Shown here piece after piece: positions 43,956-52,738 of a DNA stretch of 64,000 nucleotides (position 1 is the first letter of the stretch; each line of letters begins with the position of its first letter). Source of the stretch: Spirochaetota bacterium (GTDB lineage: Bacteria > Spirochaetota > UBA6919 > CBDBPB01); contig CBDBPB010000001.1 of NCBI GenBank assembly GCA_965208615.1, forward strand, positions 224,001 to 288,000, read 5' to 3'. Below the pieces are notes generated by a model. The model was not told where the DNA came from. It did no database searches and saw only the letters and a program-made list of their open reading frames with translations. A program made the translations under genes and the position numbers.

Positions 43956-44894
43956 TTAAGGCCTAAAAGCCACTGTAGTAAATCTATGAGTAGGAGTTGT
44001 TGGAATACCAGTAGGCACTATAGCAGTATATTCTACAGTATTAGGATTAGTAACAAGAGTAGCCTTAAAGATAATAGGCGGAGTGCTTGCACTTCTTACG
44101 GCAACCCATTTACCATTACCATAAGCTATATCAGTAAAATCAGTATTATCATTAGTATCATTAGTATAATTACTATTAATAGTAGAACCAAGATCCTTGC
44201 TCAAAAACGAAAGCCCACCATTGTTTTGCACAGCAGTCCATATATCATTACCATAAGCTATGCTATTAGTGGTTCCAGGTGATATAGGACCTTCCCAGGT
44301 AGTTCCATCACTACTTTTATATATATCACCATTATTAAAAACCAAACCCCATAAACCATTACCATAACTAATACCACTAGCTCGACTAGTATTACGGGGT
44401 AACCGACTATCAGGCCAATTATTAGAATTAGAATTAGAAAAGCCGTATTTATGTATTCTATTACTAGCTAAAGCAATCCAATTACCCTTGCCATCAGTGG
44501 CCAGATCTTCAAAACTACCTGAAACTACTGTACCATCATTATTAGTTACTCGACCCTTTCTTTTCCAAGTAGCACCATCGTCAGTTGAGCTAAAAAGATA
44601 ACCATCATTCCTTGTCAGTGCAAGCCAATGATAATTATTACTTGTTGTATTTTCTTTGCCGTATGCAAGGCCAACAAAATTACCTGTAGTACTAGTTATA
44701 TCACGTATACTTGCTTCAGACCAGCTTTCACCATTAGTTGACTTATAAGCCTTATCAGCCGATAGCATAAGCCATAAACCACCACTCTTATTGCCATTTT
44801 TATTACCTAAAAAGCCACTCCCAAGACTAATACCTTGAGAACCACAACTAATAAAGAGTAACAGTACTAAAAAACAAAACATCTCTTTTTTCAT
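43956..44894 (-). CDS. YGNG-repeat lipoprotein, array member 4
   Basis: Same signal peptide, blades and FTTVAFRP end. Confidence 0.9.
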   Translation of the reverse strand: MKKEMFCFLVLLLFISCGSQGISLGSGFLGNKNGNKSGGLWLMLSADKAYKSTNGESWSEASIRDITSTTGNFVGLAYGKENTTSNNYHWLALTRNDGYLFSSTDDGATWKRKGRVTNNDGTVVSGSFEDLATDGKGNWIALASNRIHKYGFSNSNSNNWPDSRLPRNTSRASGISYGNGLWGLVFNNGDIYKSSDGTTWEGPISPGTTNSIAYGNDIWTAVQNNGGLSFLSKDLGSTINSNYTNDTNDNTDFTDIAYGNGKWVAVRSASTPPIIFKATLVTNPNTVEYTAIVPTGIPTTPTHRFTTVAFRP

Positions 44895-45007
44895 GACAAT
44901 CCCTAATTTAATGTAGAATACATATAATAAATTTATAAGATTAAGTCAAGTTAACTTATTATGATAGATTATTGTTTATATAGCTTTAAAATTAACTAAT
45001 TAAAAAA

Positions 45008-45925
45008 TTAAGGCCTAAATCCCACTACAACAAGATTATTACTATTACTATATTGGACTTCTTTAATAAAACTTAAATTATTACTATAGTCAATAGTAAA
45101 TCCAATAACCTTAGTACTTCTATTGTCATTATCACGAAAAATAGCAACCCATATACCATTACCATAAACAATATTAAGAAGCAAGCCCACATTTTCTACA
45201 ATATTTATTTTTTTACCCTGAGTATCCAAATTATTAAATATGAGTATACCAGTTTTATTTTGGATACTATTAGAATTAACTATAGCAACCCATTTACTAT
45301 TACCATAAGCCATCTTAGTAACCCTAGAAGAAAATACTCTATGATCATTCCAGCTATCTCCATTATGACTTGTATATAATAAATAATTAGTATTATTAGT
45401 AAGCAAAGCCCATAAACCATTACCATAAGCAATACCAGTAACTTCAGTACCATTAAAAATAACACCATCAAGGTAGTTCCATTCACTACCAAAAGAGTAT
45501 TTGTATAGCCTACTATCAAAAGTTACAGCAATCCAATTACCCTTGCCATCAGTGGCCAGATCAGTAAAATTATTAATATTATTAGCTATTTGACCCTTAC
45601 TTGTCCAAGTAGCACCATCGTCAGTTGAGCTAAAAAGCTGTCCATTCCTTGTCAGTGCAAGCCAATGATAGTTATTACTTGTTGTATTTACTTTGCCGTA
45701 TGCAAGACCAACAAATCTACCACCTGTAGTACTAGATATATTAAGCATGCTTACTTCAGACCAGCTTTCAGCATTAGTTAACTTATAAGCCTTATCAGCC
45801 GATAGCATAAGCCATAAACCACCACTCTTACCATTGCCTAAAAAGCCGTTTCCAAGACTAATACCTTGAGAACCACAACTAATAAAGAGTAACAGTACTA
45901 AAAAACAAAACATCTCTTTTTTCAT
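45008..45925 (-). CDS. YGNG-repeat lipoprotein, array member 5 (divergent C-terminal half)
   Basis: Same signal peptide; ends VVVGFRP. Confidence 0.9.
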   Translation of the reverse strand: MKKEMFCFLVLLLFISCGSQGISLGNGFLGNGKSGGLWLMLSADKAYKLTNAESWSEVSMLNISSTTGGRFVGLAYGKVNTTSNNYHWLALTRNGQLFSSTDDGATWTSKGQIANNINNFTDLATDGKGNWIAVTFDSRLYKYSFGSEWNYLDGVIFNGTEVTGIAYGNGLWALLTNNTNYLLYTSHNGDSWNDHRVFSSRVTKMAYGNSKWVAIVNSNSIQNKTGILIFNNLDTQGKKINIVENVGLLLNIVYGNGIWVAIFRDNDNRSTKVIGFTIDYSNNLSFIKEVQYSNSNNLVVVGFRP

Positions 45926-46044
45926 GACAATCCCTAATTTAATGTAAAATAAATATAATAAATTTATAAGATTAAGTCAAGTTAATTTGTTATAATAGGT
46001 TAGCGCCTATATAGTTTTATAGTTGAAATTAACTAATTAAAAAA

Positions 46045-46918
46045 TTAAGGCCTAAATCCCACTGTAGTAAATCTAGGAGTTGTTGGAATGCCAGTTATAG
46101 TCTTATAATCTATTTTAACTGTAGTAATAGTATTAAAGCTAACCGGTAGTGACGCTTTAGTTCTTACGACAACCCATTTACCATTACCATAAGCTATATC
46201 AATAAAATTAGCATTATTAGTATTATTACTATTAATAATAGCATCAAGACCATTTTTAAGAAACCAAAGAGTACCACCGCTTGTCACAGCAGTCCATATA
46301 TCATTGCCATAAGCTATGTTAGTATAGCCACTTCCTGCAGGATTGCCCCAGTTATTTCCATTACTACTTTTATATATACCACCACCAGATATCAAAGCCC
46401 ATAAACCATTACCATAACTAATACCCTTAACTAATACCCTTACCTTGAGTATTATTACCAGGTAACTTACTATTAGTCCAATTATTAGGATTAGAAAAGC
46501 CGTATTTATGTATTCTATTACTAGCTAAAGCAATCCACTTACCATTGCCATCAGTGGCCAGATCAGTAAAATTATTAATATTATTAGCTATTCGACCCTT
46601 ACTTGTCCAATCAGTACCATCGTCAGTTGAGCTAAAAAGCTGTCCATTCCTTGTCAGTACAAGCCAATGATAGTTATTACTTGTTGTATTTACTTTGCCG
46701 TATGCAAGACCAACAAATTTAGTACTAGATATATTAAGCATGCTTACTTCAGACCAGCTTTCAGCATTAGTTAACTTATAAGCCTTATCAGCCGATAGCA
46801 TAAGCCATAAACCATCACTCTTACCATTGCCTAAAAAGCCGTTTCCAAGACTAATACCTTGAGAACCACAACTAATAAAGAGTAACAGTACTAAAAAACA
46901 AAACATCTCTTTTTTCAT
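46045..46918 (-). pseudogene. YGNG-repeat lipoprotein, array member 6, disrupted by a 13-bp tandem duplication
   Basis: TAACTAATACCCT occurs twice (46415-46427, 46428-46440); removing one copy joins ORFs 46427-46918 and 46045-46395 in frame. Confidence 0.9.
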
Positions 46919-47009
46919 AACAATCCTTAGTTTAAAATGATGTCAATATAATATATTTAGAGTATTAAATCAAATTATTTACTATGAAAGGAGTTATAAG
47001 ATGTTATAG

Positions 47010-47413
47010 TAGGTTATTATAAAGAGGTTCTAGACTTATTAATTTTTATAGATATAAACTGTTCTATTATTTTAATTCCCATAGAAAGCATATAATGTCA
47101 ACATAGAATATTCTAATAATCCGCCCTATCCTTTTATAGAACGGCAAATCAGTTATCACTTCGTAAAGGTCTATAATTCCTAGTCTCAATAAGGGATTCT
47201 TAATAGCTCTCGAAGTGATGACTACTTGCATAAAAAGTGATATTTTGTGTTCATTGCTAAGGCATTTAAGCAGTACTTAAAGAGCATAAAGGGATAACCT
47301 GCTTGATACAAGAAAATAACTTTTCCATGAATATTTTAACTTTCCTGTTTCACAAAGAAATCTAAAATCTATCTACCTTTACGTTATATGTCTTCTTTTT
47401 GCCTTGTATGACT
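47010..47413. repeat. Dispersed repeat family A, long copy (possible decayed mobile element)
   Basis: Inverted homologue of ~57296-57751; 47182-47251 vs 57506-57575 match at 69/70. Confidence 0.88.
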
Positions 47414-47568
47414 CGTCATAACTCTATCATAAAATGATAACTAAATTATTAAACAATATCACTCTAAATAAACTAAATTATTATTAAAAAAAAATACCTT
47501 CTTATTACGTTTGATAGAACATCTGCTAACTTATCACACCTCTTTAACAACCTTTCTATAACTTGATA

Positions 47569-47646
47569 ATCTGTATTTTTTAAGTTTTAGATATATAAAC
47601 TAGCTTAGAATACTTTTGGTTTACACTAATAGAACAATTAGTAACA
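47569..47646. repeat. Dispersed repeat family B, diverged copy
   Basis: CTTAGAATACTTTT...TACACTAATAGAACAATTAGTAAC. Confidence 0.82.
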
Positions 47647-47836
47647 CAAAGTCTAAACGTAAATGTTTATATTTATCCCCATTGTCAATAACCTCAACTT
47701 GATGAACTGACTGTTATCCTTTAGTTATAAGCATTATAAATAGCCCCCGCTTTCTTACTTTTTCCTCTTTAAAACTGTCAGCAATGCTTTTCTTAAAAAT
47801 TACCGTATTATCTAAAATCTAGCTTGCTATTAACTA

Positions 47837-47964
47837 TAGCTTTTAGATGAAAAATTATTATAACATAATTCCTAAATAAATCTTATCTGTATTTTTTTAA
47901 GTTTAAAAAAGATAAATTACCTTAGAATACTTTTGATCTGCACTAATAGAACTATTAGTAACAA
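47837..47964. repeat. Dispersed repeat family B, long copy
   Basis: Near-identical to 37880-38007; directly abuts the conserved array intergenic sequence GGTTAGCGCCTATATAG. Confidence 0.9.
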
Positions 47965-48011
47965 GGTTAGCGCCTATATAGCTTTATAGTTGAAATTAAC
48001 TAATTAAAAAA

Positions 48012-48853
48012 TTAAGGCCTAAATCCCACTGTAGTAAAATGATTACTAGTAAACTGAAATTGAGCATTATTACTCTGTATCTGATTGATCTAGCATCAAC
48101 AGTAAAGCTAAAAAGCGATCCATTGTCTCCAACAGCAACCCATTTACCATTACCATAAGCTATATCATTAAAACCAGAATAACCAGTATGTCGAATATGA
48201 CTTCCTGTGGCAATATCCGTGAATACCATTATATTACCCCCGCCTACACCAACCCACTTGCCATCACCATAAGCTATATTATCCAAATCAGTAATTCTTA
48301 CACTATATGTCCAATTAGCCCCATTATCAATACTTGTATATATATCCCCATTATCACGAACCAAAACCCACATACTACTACCATAAGAAACCCCAAGAAA
48401 CCTAGCACCTGGTATTGGAGCAATAGGATTCCAACCACCCCCAGAGTTTACATATACACTATTACTATCACCAACCGCAATCCATGTATTATTAGCATAA
48501 CCCATATCATTAAAGACGGCACTTGTTATTGCACTAGTATATGTCCAACTAGAGCCGTTGTCAGTTGACTTAAGAAGTTCACCAGAACTGCTTACTACAA
48601 GCCAATGAGATTGTCCATATGCTAAACCAGAAAAAACAATATTATTACTATCAGATCGATAATACCATTTTATACCATCTTCTGAGGTATAAACATCCCT
48701 ATTCCCTGTTAGAGCTATCCAATGTACGTTACTATTATCTATACCATTGCCTAAAAAACCAGTCCCAAAACTAATGCCTTTAGGTCCACAATTAATAAAA
48801 ATTAAAAGTATTAGTATTATTAATATTAAAATCTTAAATAGTCTTCTTTTCAT
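48012..48853 (-). CDS. Divergent YGNG-repeat lipoprotein, array member 7, frameshifted near the C-terminus
   Basis: Lipobox FINC, GISFG.GFLGNG, YG.G.W blades; the conserved end ..HFTTVGFRP* (stop 48012-48014) is in a different frame from ORF 47996-48853. Confidence 0.82.
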
Positions 48854-48962
48854 AAATAAACTCTCTATAACTATACTCTATTTCTAGTATAATAAGTATA
48901 GCTAACTATAGCAATATAAACTTTTCTGACTGCCTATTATAAAAACATATATTTATAAAATA

Positions 48963-49860
48963 CTAAGGTTTAAAAGCTACTGTAGTAAAATTATCAGCCG
49001 TAGAAGTATTGATAATTTTTGAATCTATAACGCTACCCTTAAAAGTAAAAGAAACTATAGCTCCACTATTACCTACAGCAACCCATTTACCATTACCATA
49101 AGCAATATCATTTAAATCGTTATTACTAATAGTTTTATAAGCAACTCTAGTAGTGCTACTAGGCTTATCAAGCTTATAAATAAAACCTTTACTCCCTGAA
49201 GCAATCCATAAATTGTTACCACTAGCAATACTTTTTACATCTTTTAAAAAAATTATTATTACGAACTCCCACCTTTCCAGTCTCATATATAATGCCATCG
49301 CCAACTGCAACCAATTTACTGCTACTATATGTAAGCCCAGTAAATATTCTTTTGTCAAAAAGCCTTTTATGGATAGTTCTCCAGCTACCTTTTATATAAC
49401 TCGATACTCTTATAGTTACATCATCACCTGCTATAGCCCACCTATTATTACCATAGGCAATATCTCTAACTCCTTTTCCAGTCAGTTTACGAATGTATGT
49501 CCAACTTTTACCGTTTAAAGATGAAAAAAAACTACTTTCATTAGTTACCACAACCCATCTATAACCATTACTAGTTAAACCATATGCCACACCAGCAAAA
49601 TCATTGTTAATTATATTACCGCTATCATCCTTCATAGTGCCCTTGTCATCCCAAGCTATCCCATCAACTGAGGTATAAATATTACCTTTTTTCGTTAATG
49701 CTAACCAGTTAAAACTACTTTCATCATAATTAGCTTTACTACTAAGAAAACCCATCTCACAATCATTTGAACCACTACTAGCACAAAGACCTTTACTTTG
49801 ACAAGAGAACAAAACAAAAACTAAAATCAATAATGAAAAACTAAATATTTGCCTATACAT
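48963..49860 (-). CDS. Divergent YGNG-repeat lipoprotein, array member 8, split by a +1 frameshift
   Basis: Lipobox LFSC, blades, FTTVAFKP end; removing one base from the 7-nt run at 49246-49252 joins ORFs 49222-49860 and 48963-49358. Confidence 0.82.
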
Positions 49861-50106
49861 AATAAATACCTCTATATTTAACTTAAGATGTTCAAACTAT
49901 TTATACTCATATTATTAAACTTATACGTTACCTTCATACAAATCCCTCTACTTATATTATATAGCTAAATGATTTAAAATCTATAATAGTTTATAGCATT
50001 CTTAATTGTCTTAGTCACCCTAAAAAACAAAATAAAAATAAAATCCTGACTCATAATGTCTTGAGATTAACCGATTATTATTAAATCACATATACAAGGT
50101 AAAATA

Positions 50107-51612
50107 ATGACCCTACACAAAATGTTTTTAAAATCAGCACTAAAACATAAAAATATTATAGCTATATACGATCAAGCAACAGGCAAAAATATAACCTATA
50201 AAAAACTTATACTCCTATCAATCATATTCGCAGACAAAATTAAACACTACAAAAATCAAAACATCGGTATAATGATCCCAACATCAGCAGGGGCAATTAT
50301 ATCCACATTGGCAACCCTAATAACAGGTAAAACTCCAGTTATGATAAACTATTCAATGAGTGCAATAAAAAGCTCTGTCTATGCACAAAATAAGTGTCAA
50401 TTTAATACAATATTAACCTCCAAAAAATTACTGGATAAGCTTTCTATTAAACCCATTAAAGATATGGTATTCCTAGAGGATATCGTAGCTAACCTTAGTA
50501 TAATAGACAAAATAAAAGGACTTATTAAATCTATATTCCCCCATACTATCTACAACAAAGGCAATGAAAATGATAACGCCGTAATACTCTTTACCTCAGG
50601 TAGTGAGAAAGACCCTAAGGCTGTCCCCCTTAGTCATAAAAATATTATCCACAACATAAACGGCATAAATATGGTGTTTGACTTTAAAAATAATGAAATC
50701 TTTATGTCTATTTTACCTCTCTTCCACATATTCGGACTGACAACCTCCTTCTGGCTACCCATAACTAAGGGATATAGCTTAATAGCTCAACCTAATCCCC
50801 TTGAATATCAACATGTATCCGATAATATAAAAAACTATAATGCCACCTGTATAACCGCTACACCAACGTTTTTTAGGGGTTATCTTAAAAAATCACACAA
50901 AGATGACTTTAAATCCCTTAGAATAGCAATATCAGGAGGAGATAAGTTACCAAAAGCCCTTGTAGACGAGTTCTTTGAAAAGCATAACGTTATGATCTAT
51001 GAAGGATACGGTACCACAGAGACTAGTCCGGTTATATCAAGTAATACAGCCCATTATAATAAACCAGGTAGTATAGGTAAGCCTTTACCAAACGTTAAAG
51101 TCAAAATAGTAAACGTAGATAATAATAATGAACTATCCACAAATAAAATTGGTAAAATCATAGTAAAAGGCGATTTAGTCATGAGGGGGTATATAGATGA
51201 ACCAAATATAACGATAAAAGACGGCTGGTACGATACAGGGGATATGGGACTAATAGACGAAGACGGCTTTTTATGGCACAAAGGTAGACTAAAACGATTC
51301 GTAAAAATAGGCGGCGAAAGAGTATCCCTTATGGCTGTCGAAGAAGAAGCTATAAAAGTAATGCCAGATAACTCATTATGCTGTGCAGTAGAAATACCAA
51401 ACAAAGCTAAGGGTGCTGAAATAATATTAGCCATAACTAAAAAAGTAGACCAAAAACAAATAATAAAAACTATAAAAAACGCCATAGGATCAATAGCCAT
51501 ACCCAAAAAGTTTATATATTTAGACGAACTGCCAATAATGAGTAATGGAAAAATCGACTTTAGACTAACTACTAAAATATGTCATGAAAAACTCTATGAA
51601 AAAGCTAAATAA
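50107..51612 (+). CDS. AMP-binding enzyme resembling the acyl-ACP synthetase domain of Aas
   Basis: ILFTSGSEK.PK.V.LSH.N, LP.FH.FGL, EGYG.TETSP, WYDTGD.G, GRLKRF.KIGGE, GK.D. Confidence 0.9.
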   Translation: MTLHKMFLKSALKHKNIIAIYDQATGKNITYKKLILLSIIFADKIKHYKNQNIGIMIPTSAGAIISTLATLITGKTPVMINYSMSAIKSSVYAQNKCQFNTILTSKKLLDKLSIKPIKDMVFLEDIVANLSIIDKIKGLIKSIFPHTIYNKGNENDNAVILFTSGSEKDPKAVPLSHKNIIHNINGINMVFDFKNNEIFMSILPLFHIFGLTTSFWLPITKGYSLIAQPNPLEYQHVSDNIKNYNATCITATPTFFRGYLKKSHKDDFKSLRIAISGGDKLPKALVDEFFEKHNVMIYEGYGTTETSPVISSNTAHYNKPGSIGKPLPNVKVKIVNVDNNNELSTNKIGKIIVKGDLVMRGYIDEPNITIKDGWYDTGDMGLIDEDGFLWHKGRLKRFVKIGGERVSLMAVEEEAIKVMPDNSLCCAVEIPNKAKGAEIILAITKKVDQKQIIKTIKNAIGSIAIPKKFIYLDELPIMSNGKIDFRLTTKICHEKLYEKAK

Positions 51613-51745
51613 CTAAGAAAATATATTATTAATTATCAACCCATCAAGTATATTAACAATAATATAAAATTACCTTGACTATGATAGCAAATAAATATAA
51701 ATTTGATGTTCTAATCATATATAACATTAATTAAAGGATATTATT

Positions 51746-51946
51746 ATGAAAAAGAAAATAGATCGCTCAATTGTTAAAGTCAAAAAGAAGCATGGACTAA
51801 GACAAGGTAGAGGGTTTAGTATAAAAGAACTATCCGAAGCAGGTATTACTCCATATCACGCTAAGATTAGTGGAATAGCCATAGATAAAAGACGTAAGTC
51901 TAATAATCCTTCTAATGTTGAGGAAATTAAAAAGCTTAAAAAATAA
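51746..51946 (+). CDS. Ribosomal protein eL13 (L13e)-like protein
   Basis: R.GRGFS..EL..AGI....A...GI.IDKRRKS....NVE.IKK matches the archaeal/eukaryotic L13e core; AAAGGA RBS; TTGACT-17-TAAATT at 51675-51703. Confidence 0.8.
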   Translation: MKKKIDRSIVKVKKKHGLRQGRGFSIKELSEAGITPYHAKISGIAIDKRRKSNNPSNVEEIKKLKK

Positions 51947-51999
51947 GCTAAGTTCATACATTTATACGCAATCTAAAACAAATATTGAAATACTATATG

Positions 52000-52153
52000 A
52001 AAACTATATTGCTCCAAAAACTCCTAATATGACTGGTAAGAGCAAAGGTAAAACTTATAGAGGTTGACGATAGACCCTTAGTATTCAAAGTTAAGGTGTT
52101 TGACAGTGTAGAGCTTATTAGTTAAGGGTATGCACGAAAGATTTATAATTTAA
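52000..52153 (+). pseudogene. Remnant of a FlK-type (fluoroacetyl-CoA) hot-dog thioesterase
   Basis: From 52036: VRAKVKLIEVDDRPLVFKVKVFDSVELIS*G, then MHERFII* after a frameshift; resembles the FlK C-terminus. Confidence 0.7.
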
Positions 52154-52708
52154 TTATAGGGTAGGCAAGTCTCTCTTACCATCATAACAAGGTATACCAC
52201 CATTAACATAGGCAATCCACGTTTTTCTATACTTATCAGCCATATTACTAATACCGCTAATCTCTTTATCACTAAGGCTACGCTTAACAATAGCCGGTGA
52301 ACCCATAATAAGAGAGTTAGGTTCAAAAGTCTTACCCATCGGTATAATAGAACCAGCCGCAATAATAGAGTTATCAGATATAACCGATCCATCCATAATA
52401 ATACTCCCCATGCCTATTAAACAATTATCCCCAATACGACAGGCGTGTATAACTACACTATGTCCAACAGTAACATTATTACCAACAACAGTACTATAGT
52501 TATCAGCAACGTGGATCACCGTATTATCCTGGATATTAGTATTTTCACCAATGGTAATGTCGTTAATATCCCCACGTAAAACAGCGTTGTACCATATACT
52601 AACACCCTTTTTTAAAATCACTCTTCCAATAACCTTTGCACCATTAGCAATAAAGCTATCCTCGTGTATGGATGGTACTCTATTAGTAAAATCCATAATA
52701 ACTCCCAT
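52154..52708 (-). CDS. Gamma carbonic anhydrase family (YrdA/PaaY-like)
   Basis: IG.V......SIW..AVLRGD.N.I.IG..TNIQD..VIH, VTVGH...HAC, LIGMGS. Confidence 0.93.
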   Translation of the reverse strand: MGVIMDFTNRVPSIHEDSFIANGAKVIGRVILKKGVSIWYNAVLRGDINDITIGENTNIQDNTVIHVADNYSTVVGNNVTVGHSVVIHACRIGDNCLIGMGSIIMDGSVISDNSIIAAGSIIPMGKTFEPNSLIMGSPAIVKRSLSDKEISGISNMADKYRKTWIAYVNGGIPCYDGKRDLPTL

Positions 52709-52738
52709 TAAGAATTAATAGTACGCCATATAAACAGC

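Noticed and set aside
47110-47135. NNPPY motif in repeat family A suggesting a DNA methyltransferase relic; ISLYQAG suggesting IS256
   Set aside because: The motifs are short, lie on opposite strands, are surrounded by stops and are not preserved in all copies; cannot assign without a search
40765-49860. Lipoprotein array as a diversity-generating retroelement or shufflon
   Set aside because: No reverse transcriptase, TR/VR pair with adenine-specific differences, invertase or inverted cassettes; variation is block-wise with indels
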